DNA of 32,000 nt from Candidatus Nanoarchaeia archaeon (lineage in GTDB: Archaea; Nanobdellota; Nanobdellia; Woesearchaeales; JANQNC01): NCBI GenBank assembly GCA_028279745.1, contig JANQNC010000001.1, forward strand, positions 240,001 through 272,000. Direction: 5' to 3'. A program made the position numbers and the translations under genes. How positions within the stretch are numbered: the first letter of the stretch is position 1; every line of letters begins with the position of its first letter. Shown piece by piece: positions 6,295 through 14,468 of the stretch. The notes beneath the pieces were generated by a model, which worked only from the letters and a program-made list of their open reading frames with translations, did not search any database and had not been told where the DNA came from.

Positions 6295-7515
6295 ATGTTA
6301 CTAGAGATATTAACAGCAATAATCTGCGGGATTTTATGTGGAGTGGCGACAGGCCTCGTTCCTGGTATACACGTGAACCTCGTCGCTGTAATGCTGATTT
6401 CAGTTAGTCCTTTATTGTTGCAATTTACTTCGCCAGTTGTTTTAGCTGTGTTCATAATAGCATTAGCAACAACCCACACCTTCATTGATTTTATTCCCTC
6501 AGTGTTTTTGGGAGTGCCTGATGCGGAGACTGCACTAAGCGTATTACCAGGACACAAATTAGTCTTACTAGGACAAGGATATGAAGCTGTAAAGTTAGCA
6601 ACAGTTGGCTCAATGATTGCTGTTGTCATTTCAGCTTTGATATTTCCTTTAATGATATTGATTGTTCCTTTTATTTATTCAACCATTTCAGATTATGTTG
6701 GATGGATACTCTTGTTGGTTGTATCTGTTCTTATCTTAAAAGAGAAAGGAAAGAATAGAAAGTTCTGGAGTCTATTCATATTCTTAATTTCTGGAATCTT
6801 AGGTTATATCGTTTTGAATATCAAAGTTTTATCTGAGCCATTATTCCCTTTACTAGGAGGATTATTCGGAACATCAATGTTGATAAACTCATTATTTGAG
6901 AAATCTTCTTTACCGTGGCAACGAGTGACTGAGCAAATTGAAGTAAATAAAACAACAACAGCAAAAGCAGGATTTGCAGCAACAGTTGCAGGAGGCATGA
7001 CAGGAATTTTGCCAGGAATAGGTGCAGCACAGGCATCAGTAATAGGCTCGGCAATTGTGGGAGGAATGGAAAAGATAGGCATTCCTGGATTTTTGATTTT
7101 ACAAGGAGGCATAAATACAGTAAATTTTGTACTTTCATTGGTTGCGTTATACACATTAGGCAAAGCAAGAAATGGTGCAGTAGTCACAGTGATGAGATTT
7201 ATTTCAGAAATAAATGTATATCAATTAATGACTTTTATTGCTGTAGCATTAGTTGTTGGAGGGATAGCAACAATAGTTGCATTAGCTTTAGCAAAGAAGT
7301 TTGCAGTCTGGGTGAGGAAAGTAAATTATCAAGTGATGTGTTTAGGAGTTATTCTCTTAATTGTAGTTATGGTGTTTTTGTTTAGTGGCTTTCTTGGATT
7401 GCTAATTTTATTTGTCTCAACGATGACAGGATTAATACCAATGAGACTAGGCATTGCGAAAAACCATATGATGGGGTGCATAATCTTACCTGTAATAATA
7501 TACTTCTTACTGTAA
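6295..7515 (+). CDS. tripartite tricarboxylate transporter TctA-like (DUF112) permease
   Basis: Polytopic 406-aa protein with an internally repeated G-x-(L/V)PGI signature (GLVPGIHVN near the N-terminus; GILPGIGAAQASVIG mid-protein), as in the TctA/DUF112 family. Confidence 0.65.
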   Translation: MLLEILTAIICGILCGVATGLVPGIHVNLVAVMLISVSPLLLQFTSPVVLAVFIIALATTHTFIDFIPSVFLGVPDAETALSVLPGHKLVLLGQGYEAVKLATVGSMIAVVISALIFPLMILIVPFIYSTISDYVGWILLLVVSVLILKEKGKNRKFWSLFIFLISGILGYIVLNIKVLSEPLFPLLGGLFGTSMLINSLFEKSSLPWQRVTEQIEVNKTTTAKAGFAATVAGGMTGILPGIGAAQASVIGSAIVGGMEKIGIPGFLILQGGINTVNFVLSLVALYTLGKARNGAVVTVMRFISEINVYQLMTFIAVALVVGGIATIVALALAKKFAVWVRKVNYQVMCLGVILLIVVMVFLFSGFLGLLILFVSTMTGLIPMRLGIAKNHMMGCIILPVIIYFLL

Positions 7516-7553
7516 CCAACAAATTTAAAAACAAGCCAAATCAAAAATAAAAC

Positions 7554-8411
7554 ATGGAGTTATGGCTGATACTGATACTGGCAGCTCACCTAGTGGCGTC
7601 AGTGTCAACATCATTGGATAAGTATATGATGAATAAAGGGTTTAACCTATTCAGAACAGGAACGCTAAAGATGTTCTTTGATGGAATCATACTGCTTACA
7701 CTAGGTGTTTTATTCCTGAACTTAGATTTCAGCACAACGCCGATGATATTTGCAGCAATAATAGGAGGAATATACGGGGCAAATAATTTCTTCTACTACA
7801 AATCACTAAAGATGGAAGACATAGAAGATGCAATGCCTTTCTTCAGCGCAGGAAGCATATTACTGGTATTTATACTGTCAACAATACTTTTCAAAGAAGC
7901 ATCGACAAGCATAAACTACATAGGATTAGTATTCATACTAGTAGGATTATATATTGTTATATCAAAAAACGGCATAAGCATACCAAAATTAAACAGAGGA
8001 TTCTTGATGGTTGCAGTAGTCGTAATCATAGGGTCAGTACATGCACTACTATCAAAAAAATTCCTATTAAACATAAACCCAATAAACCTAGTTGTAATGA
8101 TGTACTTCTTTGCAACATTAACAATGGCACTGATGCAGTTCCTATTTGACAGAGAGTCATTAAAATATATGATCAAACCAAACAAAAATTTAGCAATCTT
8201 AATACTGGGCGCTGTGTTTGGCAGCATAAGCGTCTTCCTATATTTCTCAGCACTAGCGATAGGAGAAGCATCAAAAGTATATGCTGTTGGCGCAATACAA
8301 GTAGTGTTTGTGTTCATAATAGCATCACTGTTCCTAAAAGAAAAATTCTACATACACCGATTATTAGGAACAATTGTTGTGGTTGCAGGGATTTACTTTG
8401 TTGCAATATAA
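7554..8411 (+). CDS. EamA/DMT-superfamily transporter
   Basis: 285 aa with about 10 TM helices in two similar halves. C-terminal LLGTIVVVAGIYFV is typical of EamA repeats. Confidence 0.7.
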   Translation: MELWLILILAAHLVASVSTSLDKYMMNKGFNLFRTGTLKMFFDGIILLTLGVLFLNLDFSTTPMIFAAIIGGIYGANNFFYYKSLKMEDIEDAMPFFSAGSILLVFILSTILFKEASTSINYIGLVFILVGLYIVISKNGISIPKLNRGFLMVAVVVIIGSVHALLSKKFLLNINPINLVVMMYFFATLTMALMQFLFDRESLKYMIKPNKNLAILILGAVFGSISVFLYFSALAIGEASKVYAVGAIQVVFVFIIASLFLKEKFYIHRLLGTIVVVAGIYFVAI

Positions 8412-8424
8412 AAAAAGAAAAAAA

Positions 8425-8661
8425 TTATTCTTGAGTTTCTTCAGACTCTTCTGTGTCATCATCCTCATCTTCGAACAAGTCATCGTAAGCTTCATCAAAC
8501 TCTTCTCTAGTGATCAAGTTCTTCTTAACCAACAGATCAACTAAAGCTTCTAGCTTGTCATCAACAAGTTCTGTGTGTTCTTCAGCAGTAAGATCCTCAG
8601 AAGTATCCAGCTCCTCCAATTTTTCTTCATTTGTTTCTTTATTCATATCTTCTTCAGTCAT
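8425..8661 (-). CDS. small highly acidic protein (78 aa from the ATG at 8661)
   Basis: The track ORF starts at 8703 inside a TATA-like sequence. The internal ATG at 8661 is preceded by GAGGTGA about 5 nt upstream. D/E-rich sequence with an acidic C-terminal tail. Confidence 0.5.
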   Translation of the reverse strand: MTEEDMNKETNEEKLEELDTSEDLTAEEHTELVDDKLEALVDLLVKKNLITREEFDEAYDDLFEDEDDDTEESEETQE

Positions 8662-8773
8662 AAATATCACCTCATATAACAACTGATTTTTAGAACTACT
8701 CATTTATAAGCTTTGGCACTACAACATAATAGATAGAAATATTTATAATAAATACAACAATACATTCTATAAA

Positions 8774-9547
8774 ATGAAAACAAAACTACTATTCACAATA
8801 GCAATAATATCAATGCTAATATTGGTTGGGTGCAAAGAAGAGACAATAATAGAACCGGTTCAAAAAGAAGAAATCGTATTAAACATATCAGACACGCTTG
8901 AACCAGAAGAGCCCGAAAATGAAACTATTGAAGTGACAGGACCTGTATGCGGAGATAACATATGCAACGGTAAAGAAACCAAATGTTCATGCGCAGAAGA
9001 TTGCGGAGACTGTGAAGGAGTAGCAGGACAATGTCTAGAGTTTTCATGTATAAATAATGTGTGTTTAAGTGTAAAGAAAGAAGGATGTTGCGGAAATGGA
9101 ATATGTGACAAAGGAGAATCAGCAAGTACTTGCTCAGAAGATTGCCCAGACTATGACCTAAGCGATTTCCCAAAGCCTTTCACCTCAAATACAAAAGTAA
9201 TAGTTGGAAGTGAAGGTGCAGCGACAGACCCGTCAGCAGCGTTAAAGATGATAAATGCAATAGGCTCAAGCGAAGCAGCATACTTGGATTATGAGATAAC
9301 CTCATTAAATAATGTAAACTCAATCATAATAGGAACTCCATGCCAAAACACCTGGGCAAAACAGTTCTATGGAGAGATGAGTGAATGCACAGACTTCATA
9401 AAAGAAGGGAGAGCAATAGCTAAATTATTCAAAACAGGAAACAAATACTCAATATTAATAGCTGGAAAAACTGCAAGAGACACTTTGGATATGGCAGATA
9501 TGATCGCAAAAAATAAACTGTCAGGAAATGAATACATACTAAAATGA
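8774..9547 (+). CDS. secreted Cys-rich lipoprotein / surface protein
   Basis: Lipobox MLILVGC. Two CG(D/N)xIC...C(A/S)EDC modules. TATA AATATTTATAATAAA at 8738-8752, about 29 nt upstream. Confidence 0.65.
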   Translation: MKTKLLFTIAIISMLILVGCKEETIIEPVQKEEIVLNISDTLEPEEPENETIEVTGPVCGDNICNGKETKCSCAEDCGDCEGVAGQCLEFSCINNVCLSVKKEGCCGNGICDKGESASTCSEDCPDYDLSDFPKPFTSNTKVIVGSEGAATDPSAALKMINAIGSSEAAYLDYEITSLNNVNSIIIGTPCQNTWAKQFYGEMSECTDFIKEGRAIAKLFKTGNKYSILIAGKTARDTLDMADMIAKNKLSGNEYILK

Positions 9548-9939
9548 AACTAACACCTGCACTGGACAAAGAATACCTAGACATAGTTGAAAAGTTCAAA
9601 GGCATTTCTGAGGATTGGAAAAAATATGCAGATGGCATAATACCTGAAGACAAAGAGTTCGCAAAAGAGATAGTTACATTTGTTGATAAAGCTCTCGAAT
9701 ATGGAATTCAGAATTTTGATGAGATAGATGTCAAAGCATATCAAGAGTTTTTAGGACACCTTGAATGGGACTTTGTTTATGGCCCTGAAGAAAGGAACTA
9801 TCTAGAATTTGACGAAAGAGAAGGAAAATATTCATTCCAAGAGACATTTTGGGAGCTAGCAGACGAAGAATATGTTCTAACTAAGGAAAAACTACAGGAA
9901 TTAAAGCAAAAAGTAGAAGCTCTCTTAAAAAAGCTTTAA
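9544..9939 (+). CDS. hypothetical protein (131 aa)
   Basis: ATGA overlap with the upstream gene; balanced composition; no motif recognised. Confidence 0.55.
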   Translation: MKLTPALDKEYLDIVEKFKGISEDWKKYADGIIPEDKEFAKEIVTFVDKALEYGIQNFDEIDVKAYQEFLGHLEWDFVYGPEERNYLEFDEREGKYSFQETFWELADEEYVLTKEKLQELKQKVEALLKKL

Positions 9940-9977
9940 GGAAAAAGCTTATAAAGGGACTGTGATTTCTCAGCAAT

Positions 9978-10235
9978 ATGGACGCAATAATAACAAGTTT
10001 CAGAAGATCAAGACACACACAAACAGATAACCACATGATACTGGTAGTTGATGGAGTAGACTCAAAAGATAAAGCTAATGGGTTAGTTGGAAAGAAGGTC
10101 GTGTTCAAAACAGAATCTGGAAAGGAACTTACAGGAAAAGTAGCAGCAGCTCACGGAAACAAAGGAGCAATAAGAGCTATCTTTGACACAGGAATGCCTG
10201 GACAAAGTCTTGGTAAAAAAGTAAGTTTAGAATAA
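9978..10235 (+). CDS. rpl35ae: 50S ribosomal protein L35Ae (eL33)
   Basis: SFRRSRHTQTDNHMILVV...GLVGKKVVFKTESGKELTGKVAAAHGNKGAIRAIFDTGMPGQSLGKKV matches the conserved archaeal L35Ae pattern (RRS...Q..N, HG.kGavRA.F..glPGq.lG). Confidence 0.9.
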   Translation: MDAIITSFRRSRHTQTDNHMILVVDGVDSKDKANGLVGKKVVFKTESGKELTGKVAAAHGNKGAIRAIFDTGMPGQSLGKKVSLE

Positions 10236-10238
10236 AAA

Positions 10239-11783
10239 TTATCTTCTAGCGTATTGTCTATTTCTTTGTTTCTTCTTAAGAATGATCTTTTTGTTGATAT
10301 ATCTCATAGGATTCTTTAAAGCTCCCTTTATGCTTGTCAAACTGTTCACATGACCTTTTGAGTTAAGAGGCATATCATATAATCCAAAGTGTAAATGCTC
10401 ACCTGTTGATCTTCCAGATTTACCCATAATGCCAACAACCTTTCCTTGTTTTACTTTATCGCCAGTTCTGACTGAATACTTACTAAGATGACCATACAAG
10501 AAGATGTTTCCAAAATGATCTCTTAACCAAACCTGTTTACCATAACCATTTGTTTTATGATTGCCTGCATAAATCACTTCTCCATCAAGTACTGCAACAC
10601 ATCCAGGTCTTGAGTTAGTAGAAAGATCTATTCCTGTGTGGAACTTTCTTGAGCCGTCAAATGGATCGTTTCTATACCCATAAAGAGAGAACACTTGGAA
10701 TTGTTTGCCTGACTCGATAGGCACGATCATATTGTACAAATTTCTCTTCTCGCTAACTAGCTGAACATACTTTTTTGTCTCTTTAGGAAGATATTTGAAA
10801 ACTTTCTCGAACTTAGTGCTCTTAGCTTTGTTCATAGCTTTTCTAACATTGCCTGGCCCACAGTTGTAAGCTGCAATAACCAATCTAGGATCTTTAAACT
10901 GTCTGCTCAGCTTATTATCAACTTCATTAACTGTGAATCTTGCGCACGATACAGGATCAAATCTCCAATCACCTTGTTTTGGATCTTTGCAAGGATTTAG
11001 CTCAGTAAACTTTTTACCTTGAACCCAAAAAGGATAGTTTATCAGATTAAGTTTCAGAGCTTTAGCAGATGCGTTAGCGGTTGGAACTATCGGCTGACCA
11101 AGTCCTCCTGCTCTCACCCATTTTTTCTCGATCTCTCCTGTTTTAAGATTCTTAACTTTAGTTTTTCTCTTAGGTGCTAATGCCAAAGGATCCCATTTAG
11201 ATTCCTGTTCTAATATAGCATAAATCATTGCAGGATCATTAGCTCTTGAGACAACTTTTTCAAGTTTTGTTTTAGGAGTTCTCATGTGGTTAGGGAATGA
11301 ATGAGCTGTGAAAAACTCACTTCCTCTACCAAGAGATGCTGTGAAATATTTTTTAGGATCCATACTTTTAGAATAATGAACTGAAACCCCTTCTCCTGAA
11401 TGCTCAACATCCTTATCTTTGCCAACGTTTGAGAGTAATGCATAACCTAAAGCAATTGTAAGAACTATTGTCGCTAACCCTTTAGGTGTGAAACTAGGTA
11501 AGTATTCAGTTATGTCAAAACCAGATGACTTTCTAGGAATAGCACAAACCACCCCATCTTCATCTGCTTGAGTCTCATTTGAGTATGAAAAGAAATCTTT
11601 AACTTTCTCAACAATGCCTTTCTGTTCTCCATAAATTTGATTGTTCAGACTAGCTTCTTTTTCATCCAACATTTCTTCAAGAAGTGCTTTTTTGCCATTA
11701 GTTCTCAATGCAGTCTCTTGTCTAAGGGATTGTAAATTAGCTAGATCTTTAACGGCTTTCTCTTTATCATCAAATAATGCCAT
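10239..11783 (-). CDS. membrane-anchored lytic transglycosylase (SLT) + M23 peptidase fusion (murein hydrolase)
   Basis: SLT motifs AILEQESKWDPLA (catalytic E-S) and AAYNCGPGNV. M23 motifs HTGIDL and GRSTGEHLHFGLY. TM helix GLATIVLTIALGYALL. The track start at 11807 is a GTG; the first ATG is at 11783. Confidence 0.85.
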   Translation of the reverse strand: MALFDDKEKAVKDLANLQSLRQETALRTNGKKALLEEMLDEKEASLNNQIYGEQKGIVEKVKDFFSYSNETQADEDGVVCAIPRKSSGFDITEYLPSFTPKGLATIVLTIALGYALLSNVGKDKDVEHSGEGVSVHYSKSMDPKKYFTASLGRGSEFFTAHSFPNHMRTPKTKLEKVVSRANDPAMIYAILEQESKWDPLALAPKRKTKVKNLKTGEIEKKWVRAGGLGQPIVPTANASAKALKLNLINYPFWVQGKKFTELNPCKDPKQGDWRFDPVSCARFTVNEVDNKLSRQFKDPRLVIAAYNCGPGNVRKAMNKAKSTKFEKVFKYLPKETKKYVQLVSEKRNLYNMIVPIESGKQFQVFSLYGYRNDPFDGSRKFHTGIDLSTNSRPGCVAVLDGEVIYAGNHKTNGYGKQVWLRDHFGNIFLYGHLSKYSVRTGDKVKQGKVVGIMGKSGRSTGEHLHFGLYDMPLNSKGHVNSLTSIKGALKNPMRYINKKIILKKKQRNRQYARR

Positions 11784-11925
11784 ATTACATTCCTCATCGA
11801 AAACCACCCTCTTTTATGGGTTATAATGAGGGTTCATTTATAAAGTTTTCGGTAATTTACCACTTTTAAGTGCTAACATTTGGACATAAGGAACCTTTAT
11901 AAATACCGAAATCAAAGAGCCAACT

Positions 11926-12648
11926 ATGAAAAAAGTAAAGCTTGGCAATACAAAGCTGAAGGTTTCTAGAATGAGTATAGGCACAGATACAATGCAAAAC
12001 CTATCCATAAAAGAAGGTGCTGAGTTGATGGTTATAGGTTACAAAAAAGGGCTTACATTTTGGGACACAAGCGATGATTATGGGAGTCATCCACAACTAA
12101 AAGTTGCACTTGATAAGGTTGGGCGTAAGAATGTAGTTGTTACAACAAAGATAATGTCTCGTTCATACAAGCAAGCGCAAGTTAGTCTAGCAAAATGCCT
12201 CAAAGAGTTAGGCACCAAATACGTCGATATAATCTTATTGCATGCAGTTGATTCTGTAACAGAGTTCCATAACCGATCTGGAGCACTGAAATATTTACTT
12301 GAGGCAAAGAAAAAAGGTTTAGTGAAAGTTGTAGGATTGTCAACCCATAATGCAAACATGGCAAAATACTGTGCAACACAAGATAAGATAGAAGTGATAT
12401 TAGCAACAATAAATTATCGAGGAAATCATGTGCATGGCGGCTTGAATAATATGAAAAAGGCCATGGAATTAAACCATAAAAACGGCAAAGGAGTTTATGC
12501 AATGAAAGTTCTAGGTAGAGGCAGCATAAAAGATATAGAAAGAGCTATCGCTTATGTCAAAAAGCTAGATTATATTGACTCCTTATGTATAGGCGTACAA
12601 AATAAAGAACAGCTAAAAGAAGACATAAAAATCTTCGAATCTATCTGA
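11926..12648 (+). CDS. aldo/keto reductase family oxidoreductase (short form)
   Basis: N-terminal KLGNTKLKVSRMSIGT, then WDTSDDYGSHP, VVTTK and YVDIILLHAVD match the AKR signature order. Confidence 0.8.
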   Translation: MKKVKLGNTKLKVSRMSIGTDTMQNLSIKEGAELMVIGYKKGLTFWDTSDDYGSHPQLKVALDKVGRKNVVVTTKIMSRSYKQAQVSLAKCLKELGTKYVDIILLHAVDSVTEFHNRSGALKYLLEAKKKGLVKVVGLSTHNANMAKYCATQDKIEVILATINYRGNHVHGGLNNMKKAMELNHKNGKGVYAMKVLGRGSIKDIERAIAYVKKLDYIDSLCIGVQNKEQLKEDIKIFESI

Positions 12649-12943
12649 TATCTTTAGCATGAATATAGTTTCCGACCAAGACTTCTTTCATCACAACACC
12701 CTTAACAGACACAGTATCTCCTTCTTTAGGAAGTTCTTCAGAAGATACAGAAATCTTATCTCCTTCAATATCTGTTAAAGTGAATCCAGAAAGCTTGCCT
12801 ATCTTGATAACATTAGAAACTTCTCCTCTGACAGTTACAGTTTCACCCATAAATTCATCAGGATTTTCCTTGATGTCTTCAATTGAGGTGGTGCAACCTG
12901 TTAGAAGAACTAAGCATGCTAACAAAATTATGATTGCTTTCAT
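12641..12943 (-). CDS. small lipoprotein with an OB-fold-like domain
   Basis: Lipobox LVLLTGC. GETVTVRGEV...GDTVSVKGVV beta-rich pattern typical of OB-fold (BOF/tRNA_anti-like) domains. Confidence 0.5.
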   Translation of the reverse strand: MKAIIILLACLVLLTGCTTSIEDIKENPDEFMGETVTVRGEVSNVIKIGKLSGFTLTDIEGDKISVSSEELPKEGDTVSVKGVVMKEVLVGNYIHAKDIR

Positions 12944-12974
12944 GACACCAAGGAAGATCCCTTAATATTTAATA

Positions 12975-13051
12975 TTTTTTAAAAAGAATAAAAAAAGGAA
13001 GGAGCAAGAAGCGAACTTGTATCCGATACGCGTCTGACAGCCTCTTGCTCC
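12975..13051 (-). terminator. GC-rich hairpin followed by a U-tract, downstream of the 13070..14146 gene
   Basis: On the minus strand, GGAGCAAGAGGC (13051-13040) pairs with GCUUCUUGCUCC (13012-13001): 12 bp including one G-U, with an inner GUA/UAC helix. It is followed by UUCCUUUUUUUAUUCUUUUU. The hairpin starts 19 nt after the stop codon. Confidence 0.45.
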
Positions 13052-13069
13052 TAATTTCTCTAATAAAGT

Positions 13070-14146
13070 TTATTCAACTGATTCGTTGTCTTCAGGTTCT
13101 GAATCTTCAGCTTCGTCTTCTATAGCTGAGTCTCCATTACCAGATGCTTTAATTGCCTTCACAATATCCTTAAGGATGACTCTTGCTTCCTTCAGAGCTT
13201 TGTGCGCGTCAACCATGCTTTTATGGCCGTCTGCAACCATGTCAACTGCTCCATTTCCGATATTGTCTTTAGCATCTTTGTAGCTTTCTTGAGCAGCATC
13301 ATAGTGCCCTTTAGCTTCTGCTATCTTAGCATCAAAGTCTTCAACTAACCCTTCAGCTTCTGAGACATCATGTCCTTTGTCTTCTAATCTTTCTAAGATT
13401 CTTTCAAGCTTTTCACCAAGCTTTTCTGACTGAACAATTATGCCACCAATCCTAGCATTGACAACTCTTCCAACAGCATGTTTTAAAGTAACTCTTGTTT
13501 TTGCCCATTCTGTCTTTATGGTTATTGCTGCTTTTGTAATCTCAGCGTTATCGTCAGATTCTTGAACTGTTGCTTTAGCTTCTTCGACATCAGCTATCCT
13601 CTCATCTATGTCTGCAAGAAGTTCTGCTTTTTCTTCTTCAGTTAAGTCTTCACTTTCTGAAACTTTAGCAGCAACCTTGTCTAATGACTCAAGAACAACG
13701 TCTGCAATCTTAACTAAGTATTCTTTAGCATCCGATTTAACTTTCTCTCTTGCTTCTTCACACTCTGTAGAATCATCTCCTCTACACTTAACAACTTCTT
13801 GTTTTGCAGCTAGGAAATCTTGTCTCTTTTCAAGATGTTGTTGTCTTGCTTCAAGATATTTTTCAGCAGCTTCAGCAAACTTTTCCCTTATCTCTTCTTT
13901 CTTCTCTTGCAACCTTTCTCTGATCTTTTTTGCGATAGGTCCTTCTCTTGGCTCAGGCTTGTCATCTTTGCCAGACTCATTTACTGCCTTAGGCACATCA
14001 TCTTTCTCTTCTCCAGATTCATTAACCCCTGCAGAAATAGCTACCACAGTTGGTTCAGTATCATTATCTTCAGCGAATGCAACTCCAGGCATGAAACTGA
14101 ATAACATGACAAACACCATAAACAATGCCATTATACTTTTCTTCAT
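13070..14146 (-). CDS. secreted, highly charged alpha-helical/coiled-coil protein
   Basis: Signal peptide MKKSIMALFMVFVMLFSFMPGVAFA. E/K/A/D-rich heptad-like body. GGAGG lies 9 nt upstream of the ATG. Confidence 0.7.
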   Translation of the reverse strand: MKKSIMALFMVFVMLFSFMPGVAFAEDNDTEPTVVAISAGVNESGEEKDDVPKAVNESGKDDKPEPREGPIAKKIRERLQEKKEEIREKFAEAAEKYLEARQQHLEKRQDFLAAKQEVVKCRGDDSTECEEAREKVKSDAKEYLVKIADVVLESLDKVAAKVSESEDLTEEEKAELLADIDERIADVEEAKATVQESDDNAEITKAAITIKTEWAKTRVTLKHAVGRVVNARIGGIIVQSEKLGEKLERILERLEDKGHDVSEAEGLVEDFDAKIAEAKGHYDAAQESYKDAKDNIGNGAVDMVADGHKSMVDAHKALKEARVILKDIVKAIKASGNGDSAIEDEAEDSEPEDNESVE

Positions 14147-14161
14147 TTTTTAATTTCCTCC

Positions 14162-14254
14162 TCATTGGAGCAGACCATTTTGCTTATCTGCTGCCAACTC
14201 TTTCTTAATTTGATTGATTCGTTGGATCTTATCCAATAGCTTAATCAACTTCAT
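14162..14254 (-). CDS. possible 30-aa upstream small ORF / leader peptide (MKLIKLLDKIQRINQIKKELAADKQNGLLQ)
   Basis: Own translation. The ATG lies about 30 nt downstream of the TATA-like GCTTATAAAG (14278-14287). The ORF ends just before the GGAGG of the next gene. Coding status is unproven. Confidence 0.25.
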   Translation of the reverse strand: MKLIKLLDKIQRINQIKKELAADKQNGLLQ

Positions 14255-14310
14255 TGCATACCCTTAATATCCGATATTGCTTATAAAGAAACTTTTTTTG
14301 ATAGATAATT

Positions 14311-14376
14311 AAAACTTTAGATTGGGATTTAATACTTTATGGAGGGTTAAATAGTTACTTAAAACTTTACAAAGGG
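14311..14376. promoter_or_regulatory. three copies of a 16-nt motif AAWACTTTA-N4-GGG in a divergent intergenic region
   Basis: AAAACTTTAGATTGGG (14311-14326), AATACTTTATGGAGGG (14331-14346) and AAAACTTTACAAAGGG (14361-14376). Starts are spaced 20 and 30 bp apart. Confidence 0.4.
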
Positions 14377-14468
14377 TAAAAAATGGTTTGTTTGGTTAAA
14401 TAAGCGAAAAACCAGGATAAAGCTTTATCGATACGTTTTTATACCTCGGATACAAATGTGATTTAAAA

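Noticed and set aside
13086-14153. Plus-strand ORFs 13086..13283, 13608..14153 and 13820..14104
   Set aside because: They are antisense shadows of the secreted coiled-coil gene (13070..14146, minus strand). Their translations are Ser/Leu-rich and lack any start context.
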